A stretch of DNA of 64,000 bases from Dudresnaya verticillata (Eukaryota). The notes beneath the pieces are model-generated. The model worked only from the letters and a program-made list of their open reading frames with translations, made no database searches and was not told where the DNA came from. Both the position numbers and the translations under genes were made by a program. The stretch covers positions 248,001 to 312,000 of the forward strand of contig OZ374564.1 of the NCBI GenBank assembly GCA_977862235.1, read 5' to 3'. Below are positions 1 through 11,185 of this stretch, piece after piece. How positions within the stretch are numbered: position 1 is the first letter of the stretch; each line of letters opens with the position of its first letter.

Positions 1-315
1 CCGTTCTACACAATGGTCGACCCGAACGACAGTAACTACTCGAATTCGTACGATCTTTTCATGAGGGGCGAGGAGATTGTTTCCGGTGCGCAACGAATTC
101 ACGACGTCGAGCTGCTCAACGTGCGAGCCAAGGCTATGCTTGGCGAGGAGGGCGTTGCGTCGATCAAGGACTATGTGGACGCGTTCCGGTTTGGTGCCCC
201 GCCGCACGGTGGCGCTGGTATTGGTCTCGAACGAGTGCTTATGCTCTACCTCGGCATCGAGAATATCAGAGAGTGTTCTCTCTTCCCGCGTGACCCGCGG
301 CGCCTAACTCCATAG
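1..315 (+). CDS. DARS: Cytosolic aspartyl-tRNA synthetase, C-terminal part (5' truncated by window)
   Basis: The frame is open from base 1: PFYTM-x-[24 protein letters not shown], and class II motif 3 [13 protein letters not shown]...[11 protein letters not shown], typical of eukaryotic AspRS. Confidence 0.96.
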   Translation, partial: PFYTMVDPNDSNYSNSYDLFMRGEEIVSGAQRIHDVELLNVRAKAMLGEEGVASIKDYVDAFRFGAPPHGGAGIGLERVLMLYLGIENIRECSLFPRDPRRLTP

Positions 316-736
316 TTTGAGATACTCTGCTAATAAAAAGTGACCAAAAGTGCTGCTTGCCGCGTACACAATTGATGTGAAATGGATGATGCGCTGCGGC
401 ACAAGGGCTTTTCAAAACACGCAAGGTATCATAAAAGTTCCGCTACGTTACCTAATCGGAGCACGCGCAGAAGCCGGCAGAGGAGTGGAGCCCAAGGTTT
501 GGCTGGCGCAGGTTTCGGAGCAACAAGTCTAGCGAATGTTCTCACTTTCTCGTATCGATGACGCCACTTGCACAGCGCTTACAGAAGATGGAACGCGCGA
601 CGAGTTGGGATGTTCCAGATGCTCGAGTCATCAATCGATGAGAGATTTGCCCATTTACTGCTGTTTCTACACTCGAAACAAACGAGCGGAAAGATAGTTT
701 ACAAGGATTAGCATGCATTACGATAATAGTCATCAG

Positions 737-2323
737 TTAGGCGTATCGAGGGGAAGGGACATTTCGGGGCCGAGGCGATCCAGGGTAGTGCGGGGGAGGC
801 ACCTGCCGTCGTGCAAATTCATCAAATGGGTCAAACACGTCGTCCGGTGTCGTCAAGCCGGTAATACCCCTAGTGGGCATGGAGTGCATATTCATTACGA
901 CGATATCACCGTCGTTACTTGGCCGGTCATGCCCCGGCTTTATCGGCTTTCGCTTTCTCCTCCAGAGGAAGACGCATCGGTATAGCAGGAGCGCACTCCA
1001 GAGCGTTGCGTACAGCACAAAGATGGCCCACAGCTTGCCCGACGTGACGGTCGCGTCCACCACGGCATCGCAGGATGACCGCGCGGCGATCAACCGCGCA
1101 GTCGGGTACCCGTCCTGCTCCCTGAGCACGCGCGTGGTCCGAGAGAGCCAGTCGTACACGCTGCCGCTGCTGATGTCTGCCGACTTGGGCATGACAAAGG
1201 CGACGGCCGTGGAAAAGAACGGCTCGCCAACGGGCTCAAAGTCCTCGCAGTTTCGATTGGAGCGAACTAGGACGCTACCCTCGAGCGAGTAGAAATAGTC
1301 GGCGCGCCGGTCGAGCACGGCAGCAAAGCCTTCCTCCAGGTTGGGCACGGTCATGCCGACGGTGCTCCAGGTCGGGCACTTGCGGCGGTTCTCCGTGGTG
1401 TTGACAGCACTGTTCCAAAAGTCCTGCGACGCGCCGCCCTGAATGATGGCCACCTTCTCGGGCGACACGGCGCAGTCCTTGATATCATTGAGTGTCCTAA
1501 AGGGCGAGGTCTTGGTGCTCTCAAAGAGCAGCACGGTTAGACTGGCCTCGTACACGGTGAGCAAGAACAGGCCTGTGGTGACGCCGAGCACGAGCCAGGC
1601 ACTGCGATGAAAGGACGGGGTGCCCTGCGCACGCTCACCAAACGGGTGCCCGATGAGATGGGCATAGGCGAAGAGCAGCGCGGCCGGGAAGCGCTTGATC
1701 TGCCAGCAGATGTTGGCAAGGCGCGACGCCTGCTGTGGGTCGGGGTCGAGCTGGTCGGGTTGCTGGCCCGGCGGACGGAACGGGCCGAAGAAGACGGTAC
1801 CGACTGCGTGCATGAAGACGCCAAGGGCGATGATGAACCAGACCTCGGGCGAGAAGGTCTTGAAGACAAACCAGGTGTTCTGCGAGTCGTCGATGCGCAG
1901 GTCTGCCTTTCGCGAGACCATATTGTGCGCCTCATTGCTGAACGGGGCGACAAAGTGGATGGCCTCGGCGCGCTGGTTGGTCATGGTGAACGAGCCGACG
2001 CCGATGTCGCACGGGCACGACGCCTGACCAGACGCGCCACACTCAGACATGACTTCGATGAAGCGCGACCACGACTCGTTCCACGCGCGCAGCTCGATGG
2101 CGAAGCCCAGGTTTCCTTTCAGACGCGCGAGGTAGTCCAGCGCGACGCCGGCAAAGCCGGACGGCTGCGTCGAGTCCTCCACGACGTACGGCGTCTCCAG
2201 CAGCACGCAGCCCGTGAGCGTGGCGTTGGCCAGCTCGTTGAACGCGCGCGCGCGGCGCGGCCACGACGCGACCGCGGCCGCAATCAGCAGCGCGAGCAGG
2301 ACGGGCGAGCGCGCCGGCGCCAT
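737..2323 (-). CDS. Ionotropic glutamate receptor-like (GLR) channel, 528 aa, lacking the amino-terminal domain
   Basis: The ATG at 2323 gives a signal peptide (MAPARSPVLLALLIAAAVASW). It is followed by an S1 lobe (DIGVGSFTMTNQRAEAIHFVAPF), M1 (FSPEVWFIIALGVFM), a pore segment, M3 (LLTVYEASLTVLL, aligning to SYTANLAAFL), an S2 lobe and M4 (LWAIFVLYATLWSALLLY). The upstream extension of the 817-aa ORF is CG-island noise. Confidence 0.85.
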   Translation of the reverse strand: MAPARSPVLLALLIAAAVASWPRRARAFNELANATLTGCVLLETPYVVEDSTQPSGFAGVALDYLARLKGNLGFAIELRAWNESWSRFIEVMSECGASGQASCPCDIGVGSFTMTNQRAEAIHFVAPFSNEAHNMVSRKADLRIDDSQNTWFVFKTFSPEVWFIIALGVFMHAVGTVFFGPFRPPGQQPDQLDPDPQQASRLANICWQIKRFPAALLFAYAHLIGHPFGERAQGTPSFHRSAWLVLGVTTGLFLLTVYEASLTVLLFESTKTSPFRTLNDIKDCAVSPEKVAIIQGGASQDFWNSAVNTTENRRKCPTWSTVGMTVPNLEEGFAAVLDRRADYFYSLEGSVLVRSNRNCEDFEPVGEPFFSTAVAFVMPKSADISSGSVYDWLSRTTRVLREQDGYPTARLIAARSSCDAVVDATVTSGKLWAIFVLYATLWSALLLYRCVFLWRRKRKPIKPGHDRPSNDGDIVVMNMHSMPTRGITGLTTPDDVFDPFDEFARRQVPPPHYPGSPRPRNVPSPRYA

Positions 2324-3610
2324 TGCGGCGCGCGTGCGGCGGCGGCGGCGGCGACGGGGAGTGCGCGCGCGCGGCTGCGGCGGGTGCGCGCCATGCAGCG
2401 CGGGCGGCGCGGCGGATGTGATGCGGGCGCGGTGGGCGCGATGGGCGCGGCGGGGAGAGAGCGCGGCGGCGGGGCGGCGGCGGGGCGGCGGCGGCGGCGG
2501 GCACGCCGGCGAGCAGGCCGCGCCCGCGGCGTACGTGCCGGCGCGTAAATGGGTCGCGCGGGCCGCGGCGCGGCGTGGACGCGCGGCGCGGCGGCGGAGG
2601 CGGCGATGCGCGCGCGGACGCAGCGCGGTCAGTGCGCGTTTGAGGCAGATTTGTGCGAGCTGGCGCTTTTGGAGAGTGGCGCGCAGCGCTTCCGCGGGCG
2701 CGCCGCGCGCCCCGTGCCGCCGGCCCATTGGCGCGCGGCGCGGCGCGGCGCGGCGCGGCTGCGGCGCGCACGTGGCTCGCCGGAACGAACTCGGCGCGGC
2801 CGCACGCGGCCGCTGCTGGCGAGGAGACGCGCACACTCGCCGCAGCTCCGCTCTACTCGGGCGGCGCCGGCGCTGAAGGCGGCGCATGCCAGCGTCGCCC
2901 GTGCCTGCCTGCCTGCCTGCCCGCCCGCGCGCCCGCGCCCGCACCCGCACCCGCACCTGCTCCCCCGCCACCAGCGTAGCCGCCTCGCGGTCTCCCGCCC
3001 GCGCGCGCCGCGTTATGGCGTATGCACGCAGGCTTCGCGCTTGCGCGCCCCCTCGCGCGCGCACGCCGCGCGAGCCGCGACGCGGTCGGCGGCGGCGGCG
3101 CGCGCGCGGCCGCTGCGACGGAGCGGCCGTCGTCGTCGCGCGCGTTGCACGCGCGCGCCGCCAATCTCCGGCGCGGCTTGCGCGCGCCAATGCGGGTTGC
3201 GCGCTTGGCGCGGCCGAATGCGGGCGGCGCGACTGGAGGCTGCGGCAGTGCGGGCCCCCAGCGCAAGCGCAGCGGTGGAAGCGCGCATCGCTGCCGCGGC
3301 CGCGCGCCGCGGCTCCCCCCGGCTGGCGCGGCGGTTTAGGGGCGCGTCTCGCGGGCGCCGTCCGCTGACACGCCGATGGCGAGACGCCGGCCGACGAGGG
3401 GGGTGCGGCTGCAATCCGCGGCGAGGTCTGTCGGGGCGCGCGTCGGCGCGCGCGGGCGAGAAGCAGAGCATGTGGGGCTGTTCGCGCCGCGCCATCGTGG
3501 CAGGAGGCGTGGTGCTACCTGGACGTGCGCGGTACAGCGGCGGTCGTTGTGCCTTCCTTGCAGCGGGGCGCGCAAGGTGGCGTGCCGCGCGGTGGCATGT
3601 GAGGGTGATC
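2324..3610. promoter_or_regulatory. CG-rich island / probable promoter and 5' UTR of the GLR gene
   Basis: Very high GC with CGCG runs directly upstream of the ATG; CCAAT/ATTGG boxes near 2727, 3161 and 3187. Confidence 0.5.
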
Positions 3611-6488
3611 GCGCGAGAATGGTGACTTGGCGCTGCGGCCCAGTGCCATTAATGGAACACGACGTCAGTTTGGTGCCGCCAAGCCGTCTCGTGAGCGCTA
3701 CCTTTCATTTGTCCGCGGAGCGCCCTTCGCCACTTATATCATAGATACCGTTGCGTCGGCGGCTTATTGCCTTCTTATTGCCACCACACGCGGAAAGCGC
3801 ATGCACCTAGTGAAGCCAAACTGTACGGTCAATCCCAACGAAATCACCGTTCAAGTGGGAAACCGCCCTCGCCTGGTTCACGCACCTGCTTCATCGTATG
3901 CGTTTATCCGCATCCGCAGCCAACTGCCCAGCACCATTCTGCACTGTTCAGGCAACGTAAGCGCGCGTCATCCACACCTCCCTGCTTGCCGACCGGCGGC
4001 CTCAAGACACGCATCCGGTCTTGATAGCGCACGCAATCTGCCACACCAGCGTGCCACAGAAACAACCCCTTTGCCTTCATCTTCACTTTATTCACATTGC
4101 ATCAGTCAAGTCGCGTAATAATGATCTTCCCGGGCGCCTTGTGAAGGGCATGTGTGTCCAACACTGCGTGTCAATTCTTGTTGTTGAAAAGTCACCAAGC
4201 CGCTGTAAATTGTGAAGCCCCACCGCCAACCTTTACATAACATGTCAACAATCGCAAAGCCTGCTGCCGCTTCCAAACACCAAGTGCTGCTCTGCTTTGC
4301 ACTTGAACATTCACAACCGCCACGCCAAGCCATGCTGTCCGTGTGTTGTATGTCACATGGTCACATGCTAGTTGAATTTTCCGGCGCACTACATATGCAT
4401 ATGCATTCGTCGAAACAACTCTTTCGCAAAGTCCAAACGTCTTCTCTGGGGAAACAATTCCTTTGTAGCAAACGCAACATACACATCCTAGCTTCTTGGC
4501 TCCGGCTGTACGCAAAATGTTGGAAAGCTCCAAAACCAACGCGTCACAAAAACTTGCTTGTCATTCGAACCGTCTCATGGAATCTTCTCCACCATGACTC
4601 CATGTGATTGACGTACACGCTTCTTTCACCATGTGGCACTGTATCTAGGGCACCATGGACAACCAAAATCATAATGTCCCTCGACAAGCCTTCCCAAGCA
4701 AGGCTTTCGCTGCTTGATGCCTATTGACTGTTGGTCTGAAAAGCGCAAACAAACGACATTCAAAATGAGCAACTCCATTGATTGCGCTAACTACTAGGTG
4801 ACTGAGGAGTCCCGACAGTCATATATCCTATTCCAGTTACACAGTAAGTAGTCCACATCGGAATACAGTCCGCCGCTGAGACCTCCGGCACAATTCGCGC
4901 TGCACTCGATGCAGTTGGCAAACACAACAGTACTGAAGAGTCTGATTCAGTCGAAACATAATGCCCACGCACACTTCGGCACTTCTCCACCACTATGATA
5001 CCATACATATGAGAAGGCGGAAAAGAAAAAGAGTGCGGTGGTACCCTCGGTGACGGCCGGGCGCTTCCAGCGAGTCTCTAGCAGTCCAGGGGTATTTCCA
5101 AACATGTTTCAGGGCATGGGAAATTGTGCAAGGTTGACCTGTTGAAACGTTTTACAAAGTCGTGGTTGAACAGCAACAATACTGAGAGTAGCGATTGCTG
5201 GGCCTTATGTGAATGTGTCTGAATACTGACTACTTGTAACTATGTCGCCCTTGTGGAACTAGTTGGTTTCTGCTGAGAAGAAGACTCTTCTCCAACGTGT
5301 AAAACGCTACGGCGGAAGACCTTGCTGAGCCGCAACTGCGCGTGATCAAAGTAACAGAATCGACAACAGGCTTTCGAACAATGCATGTTTGGCAACAGGT
5401 TGGGCGTATAATGTACACACAGTGCACACAAGCAGCAAAGCATATCCACATTGTAAAGTTTTAGGCAAGGAAGGCTCTGCAAGTTTCTCTCTTCCTCTCA
5501 CTAGTTTGTGATATTTGTAAGGCTGCAGAGCCGGGCTCACAGGACGGACAGCAGCCACCCGTCTGCACTTTGAAGCAGTTCGCTTCAGGTTGGTGCAGGC
5601 GTTTCCGTTTCCTGGGGAAGACAGAGGCTAAAAGTTGTCAAGAGAGAAGGTCAGAAGGATGAATATAGGTTGAAAGAAGAAGAGTGGTGCGCGGTAAACT
5701 TTTAGCGTAAGCGATTAAGCGCTTTGGCGGCGTTCAGACGGACTCTGCTTGGAACGCGGAGTGTGGAAGAGCAATTGCAAATAATATAGCGTTTATGGTC
5801 TTCCAGCGTTCTGGAATGAGGCTGGAACGGGAGTGTTGAAATTTCGGGATGTGATACGCGGAGAGTTACCACTAAATTAGCTCTCTCTAGACTATTAGCT
5901 GGAGGGGTGTACCTTGGTAGACGGTGAGGGGGTATGTAATGTTAGGCTTTGGTGGGTGCGGCGGGCAGGCTGGGCGGGGGTTTGACGGGGCGGTGGATAT
6001 GTACTGGCGGGACGTACGAGGTGGTTTTGATGTGGATGTGGATTTGGGCGGGCGAGTGTGTCTGAATGATGAGGAAATCAGAGGTGATTCTTTTTTTTCG
6101 TGTGTGTGTGTGAGTGTGTGCGACGGAAATAGTAGAGATAAGCTGGATGGTTGCTGTGCGGGCGAGGAGAATGAAAATTGGGACTTGCAATGCTTGGCAA
6201 GGTGAAAGGTTGTCAGAAAGAGTTGTGGGCGTAGGTTTCCACTGGGAACTGGACTATGGAAAGCGCGGATGGGAATGGATAAAACGGGGAGGAGGTTTTA
6301 ATGGGAAGGTGTTGGCTCTATAGAGCGTACGGTTTATTTGTAGAGGGCTATGGAATAGGTTGACACGCAGTAGTGAGGGGGCACTGTAAACGCATGGAGA
6401 CGACCGGAGACGATACCAAGAGGATCTGTGTAGCACAGTACTGTAACTGTGCTAGCGAACGGTAGTATCAACTCTGCGACTCGAAGTC

Positions 6489-6505
6489 GGGGGGGGGGGG
6501 GGGGG
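6489..6505. repeat. G17 homopolymer
   Basis: 17 consecutive G. Confidence 0.9.
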
Positions 6506-7049
6506 CGCTCAGCGAGTTGTGAAGGGCAAATAGGAGTGATTGAACGGAGGGACCAAACTGCCGTGCCATAATAGATAGACAAGCAGTGCTCGGGAGGATA
6601 GCGGTAGTTGTCCCAGAAGGAATCGACAGATAGTGTTACAAGTGTAAAGAGGTTCTGGCAGTGTTGAGTGATGCGGAAGGCGGGGGTGCTATAATAATAC
6701 TGTACAGTACAGCACAGTATTATGGGGTTATCCATGAGGAGCTACACTATGTGCGAGTGGCGTCAAACAAGTTTTTGTGCTCAGGATGGTGATCTCGCGA
6801 CTGGCTAGAGTGTTTGTTGCATGTTGGAAGGGCGCAGCATAGAACGGGTGAGACGGAGCTGTTGGACGGGGGCGAGGTGTTTCTTGCAGCAGAGTCGAAA
6901 GACGATCCGCGCAAGGGTACAGTAGGGGTCTGATAATAAGCAATAAACCGTACAGTCTTGTTGTTTTTGCGGATGAGCACGCGCGCGCGGGCAAAGACAA
7001 GAAGATTACAAGTGTCACAGAAGCGCGCATGTTCCGCGTCGGAACGTGC

Positions 7050-9265
7050 GCACTTGTTGTCGCAGCCACAGCGCTTCGGGGCAGGTGTGATGCGGCGATG
7101 ATGGATATGGCGGCGCGCGCTGCAGAAAGCGGCGGGCGTGCGGATTTGCACGCGGCGATCGTTGTAGCGCGGGGGCCGCCCCGCCGGCGCCGCTGAACCG
7201 TGTCCTGTGCGAGCAGTACTGTACTGCCGTCACCTGGCCGCAGTGCTCCGACAGGCGCCGCGTGTTGCAGTGGAGAACAGCACTTCCAGCAGCGCGCGCG
7301 GCCTCAGTCTCGCCCTGTCGCACGGAAGGGCTGCAAAACAAGCGCGGCGTCTCTGTTCCGCGCAGCGCTGCCCTGTAATGGTACTGTAGCCGAGCTGCGC
7401 CACGGCGCTCGCTCCTGCCCGCGGTGCTTCAAGCTCTCCCTGTCCCTCTCTCTCAAGGTGGAACGCGCCGTGCGCGAGCGCCTTGTGCGTTTTTGCGCGC
7501 CGCGGTCCGCCGAGCGAACGGAACGCCCGTCGCTGTCGCAGCCTGGCAGAAGCGAATATTGTTATAGCGCGCTGCCGCGTCAACGCGTCAACGCCGCCGC
7601 CGCCGCGCACGGCTACTCCGCGGCCACTCTCGCGACGAGGCGCGCGCGCGCGCGTCATTGGGCGCGCGCGCTCGCGCAGCGCAAACGCGCGCCTGGCGGC
7701 CTGGCGGCCTGGCTGAGGCCGCTTTGGCGGCTGCAGGCGCGCGCGGCAGTAAGATACATGTACTACTTGCCGTGCAGACGCCCTTGGTTAGCACTTGGCG
7801 CCTTGTTCGAACGCTAGGCGTGTACGGTGCGCGAAGCGATGGGAATGCATGGGCATGGCGTGGTGTGCGCGGTGCGGTGGTGTTGTTGTGGGAGAGAGAA
7901 TAACACTTATTAGTAGTCGCCGTCTCCAACACTGTGGAAGCTACAGCAAAGTAGGGATACGGAGCACGCGAACAGAGCGCGCAGCAGGCGTGGCTGGCGA
8001 ATGCGCGTTGACGCCATCAGTGTCGCACGACGGAGAATGCGAGCGCACAGCGAGATGCGCGCGAGATGTGCCAGCCGACGCATCTCCGCGGGACACGCGT
8101 CGCGCGCCGCGCGGTGGAAGGCAGCTGCAGCAGTGCAGACGCAATTCCAAGGCAACAAACGGTGTGGCTGGCTGTTGCGATCAAGAGACACGCGCGCGGC
8201 TGAAAGGCAAGTTCGGGAATCGAAACCGCATTTTCCGGCCCTGCCAGAGCGACCGACGGCATGTGTGCGCATCTGTATCAATGTGCTCCCGCTCCCGCTC
8301 CACAGCTGCGCGCGCCCGCTCGCGCCCAACCACACCCCTCCAAGCGCCGTGTCGCGCTGCGCTCGCTCGCCATGTCATGACTGCTCCACTGCCGCCGCCG
8401 CCGCCGCCGCCGCCGCCGACACTGGCGCACCGCGGTGCGGGCGCGGCGCCTGCTGCTGCGCCCGCCGCGCCGCGCCGCGCCGCGCCGCGCCCCGCCGCGC
8501 GGGGTAGCGGCCAGGCCGGGGAGCGGGGCGGGGGTGGCGAGCGGGGCGCGCGCTTGCCGCGCCCGTTGCTCGCGCTGGCGCTAGTGCAGCCGGGGCGGCG
8601 CTCCTTCACGCCTCGCGCGCGCGCGCGCAACGTGTCCACCTGTCGCCAGATCGGGCGGCGCGGCGCGCCGTCTCAGGGGGGGCGCGCAGGCTTCGCGCGC
8701 GCGCGCCTGGACCGCGGCGCGCGCCGCACGGCAGCCAGCTCACGCGCGCCGCGCGCGCGCGCTTCCAACGGGCCATGCGCGCGCGCCGCATCGCGGCGCG
8801 ACGCTTGTCGCGCGGCGGGCCGCATCGCGGCGCATCGCGTCGCCTCGCTTCGCGCGTCGACGCGCGCGCGCCGCGCCGCGCCCTTTTAGCGCCCCACGCG
8901 CGCCCTCCACCACGCCACGCCCGTCCCCCCGCACCCGTGATAGCGCGCGCCGCCCTTGTCTTCCTCTGCTTGCTCTTCTTGCTCTTCGCGCGCACGCGCG
9001 CACGCCCGCCCGCCGCCTTCTTGCACCCCCCCGCCTCCGCGCGCGCACCGCCATCCCGGCCCCCGCGCCCGCGCCGTCGTCTTCTCTCCGCCGCCGCACG
9101 GCAAGCCCATGCGCGCGCTGCGCCACGCTGCGTCCGCGTCGTCGCCTTTGCCTTTGCCTTTGTCGTCGTCGTCGTCATAGCCCTCGCCTCGCTCAACCCC
9201 GCACCCCACGCCCCCACCTCATCCCCCCCCCCACCTCATCCCCCCCCACCCCACCACACCCCGCC
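7050..9265. promoter_or_regulatory. CG-rich island upstream of the macrodomain gene
   Basis: Extremely GC-rich, with long alternating (CG)n tracts (e.g. ~7640-7654, ~8614-8628), ending in a C-rich tract just before the ATG at 9266. Confidence 0.5.
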
Positions 9266-11185
9266 ATGAAAACCATGCGCATCGTGCACGGCGACCTGCA
9301 CCACCACGCGCGGTGTGGCCGCGCAGACGTCATCATCGAGCCGGTGTCAGGCCGGAGCGCCCAGCTGGGCCAGATCCGCCTGGCGCCTGCGCAGCCGGGC
9401 ACCAACGGCCACTCGTTCCTGGTCATCCACGCCGTCGTCGTCCACTCGTGCCCGTCGGCCGACTACCTGGACCTCACGGCCGTGTACAAGGCCTTCAAGT
9501 GCGTCAAGGACCGCTTCTGCCAGCTGCGCGTCGCGTACGCGAAGATCGGCGCCGGGCTCAACGGCCCGGCATGGGGCGTTGTCGCAAAGTGCATCGACTC
9601 GGCCATGCGCTGCTGCCACCACACCCTCGTCGTCCCAAGCCCGCCGCCCGAGCCCGAGTGCCACCCGTGCGACGATGACTCCGAGGAGGAGCACCTGGAT
9701 AACGGCCACGACGAGGAGGTGTACGACGAGGACGACGACCCGTACCCGTCAGACTCCGAGTCGGAATCCGAGTCCGAGTGCCCGCACCCGCGCACCCGCA
9801 CCCGTACGCGCACCCGCACCTGTCGTGCCCGCACCTGCCGTACCCGCACCCGCTGCCGCACCCGCACCGTCACCGAGTGCGAGCCGGACCCGTCCGAGGA
9901 GGTCGAGGAGTGTCCGCCTTGCCCGCCGTGTCCGCCCTGCCCTCCGTGTCCGCCGTGCCCACCCCCGAAAAAGTGCAAGCCCAAGCCGGTGTGCCCGCCG
10001 CCAAAGCAGTGCAAGCCCAAGCCCAAGCCGGTGTGCCCGCCAAAGCCGTGCAAGCCCAAGCCGGTCTGCCCGCCAAAGCCAGTCTGCCCGCCGCCCAAGC
10101 CAAAGGTCGTCTGCCCGCCGCCCAAGCCCAAGCCGGTCTGCCCGCCGCCGCCGCCGTGTGAACCGTGCCCGCCAAAGTGTGAGAATATTGTCAAGATTAA
10201 CATCAATCAGTCGTGCAATCCGTGCGGTCCGGACGGAGTGGTCAAGATCACCGTCAACAATAACAACAATGACTGCTCTCCGCCGCCGCAGGTCTGCAAG
10301 GAGACTACTACCAAAGCGCCCACTACCACCAGGCACACTACCACGCGTCACTCGACTCGTCCGGCCACGTATCACCATCGCACTACCACCAAGGCTACCA
10401 CGGCCAAGGCTACTACCACCAAGTGCAAGACCACCACCAGGCATCCGACTACGTGCCGCACAACGACCAAGGCCCCGTCGACGCGCGCGCCGAGTCGCCA
10501 TTCCACAAAGGTCCCGACCACCAAGCCGCCGACCAGCTGCTATTCCACGTTGAGCTGTTCATGCAAAAAGTCGTGCGCGTGCCCACCGTCGTCCAGCTCG
10601 TCCTCGGGCACGACGTGCTCATGCATGACGTGCGGCGGTTGCACGCTATCTTCATGTGGCAACACGCTGTCTTGCGGCGGCAAGTCGTACTGCGTTCCGT
10701 CGACATCGCGTCCGTCGGTTTCGAAAAAGGCCGAGTCGAAGAGGACGTCGTGCTATTCGGACTCGACGTCCTCTTATTGTACCTCGTCATCGTCCTCTAG
10801 CCGCTGCTCGGAATGCACGTCATCCGATTCCAGCACGTGCACGACGTGCTCTTCCTCGTCGTCCAGCTCGTGCTCCTGCTGCAGGTCGAAGAGCGTGCTG
10901 GCGTCCGAGTCGTCTTCGTCGACGACGACGAGCTCCTGCGTGAGCCCGCCGACGTCTAGCTGCACGTCGTCTTCTTCCGAGGAGGTGAAGAAACACTGCA
11001 AGTCGTCTCGTCGGTCGACGTCGTACCTCGACCGCGCGGGCGTCTGCGTGTCGTGCGGGCACATTGGGGTGCTGGAGCTGGGCATCTGCGACACGTGCTC
11101 TCGGAGCTCTCGCAGTGGGGAAGTTGTGGTGAACCGGGCCAACATGCCAAGAATTCGTATTCGCTCCAAGTGGAACAACAAGTAA
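9266..11185 (+). CDS. Degenerate Poa1p/TARG1-like macrodomain followed by acidic, RT, CPP, KPKPVCPP, Thr-rich and Ser/Cys-rich low-complexity segments (639 aa)
   Basis: GCCATG start and strong GC3 codon bias. The N-terminal ~125 aa carry IVHGDL...DVII and YAKIGAGLNGPAWGVVAKCID...HTLVV, matching the PKIGAGLAGGDW-type macrodomain signature. Confidence 0.75.
   Translation: MKTMRIVHGDLHHHARCGRADVIIEPVSGRSAQLGQIRLAPAQPGTNGHSFLVIHAVVVHSCPSADYLDLTAVYKAFKCVKDRFCQLRVAYAKIGAGLNGPAWGVVAKCIDSAMRCCHHTLVVPSPPPEPECHPCDDDSEEEHLDNGHDEEVYDEDDDPYPSDSESESESECPHPRTRTRTRTRTCRARTCRTRTRCRTRTVTECEPDPSEEVEECPPCPPCPPCPPCPPCPPPKKCKPKPVCPPPKQCKPKPKPVCPPKPCKPKPVCPPKPVCPPPKPKVVCPPPKPKPVCPPPPPCEPCPPKCENIVKININQSCNPCGPDGVVKITVNNNNNDCSPPPQVCKETTTKAPTTTRHTTTRHSTRPATYHHRTTTKATTAKATTTKCKTTTRHPTTCRTTTKAPSTRAPSRHSTKVPTTKPPTSCYSTLSCSCKKSCACPPSSSSSSGTTCSCMTCGGCTLSSCGNTLSCGGKSYCVPSTSRPSVSKKAESKRTSCYSDSTSSYCTSSSSSSRCSECTSSDSSTCTTCSSSSSSSCSCCRSKSVLASESSSSTTTSSCVSPPTSSCTSSSSEEVKKHCKSSRRSTSYLDRAGVCVSCGHIGVLELGICDTCSRSSRSGEVVVNRANMPRIRIRSKWNNK
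9781..10170 (+). repeat. Coding tandem repeats: (CGCACC)n = RT, ~9-bp CPP units, ~24-30-bp KPKPVCPP units
   Basis: Directly visible tandem units within the CDS. Confidence 0.85.

Noticed and set aside
2043..3744. Many long overlapping Arg/Ala/Pro ORFs, including the 5' extension of the 817-aa ORF
   Set aside because: They result from stop-codon depletion in a CG island; the signal peptide places the real start at 2323.
7200..9269. ORFs of 150-364 aa on both strands
   Set aside because: Low-complexity R/A/G/P translations of CGCG-rich DNA with no domain features.
9977..10155. Regularly spaced repeats as a possible CRISPR array
   Set aside because: In-frame coding repeats without unique spacers, in a eukaryotic gene; no cas genes.
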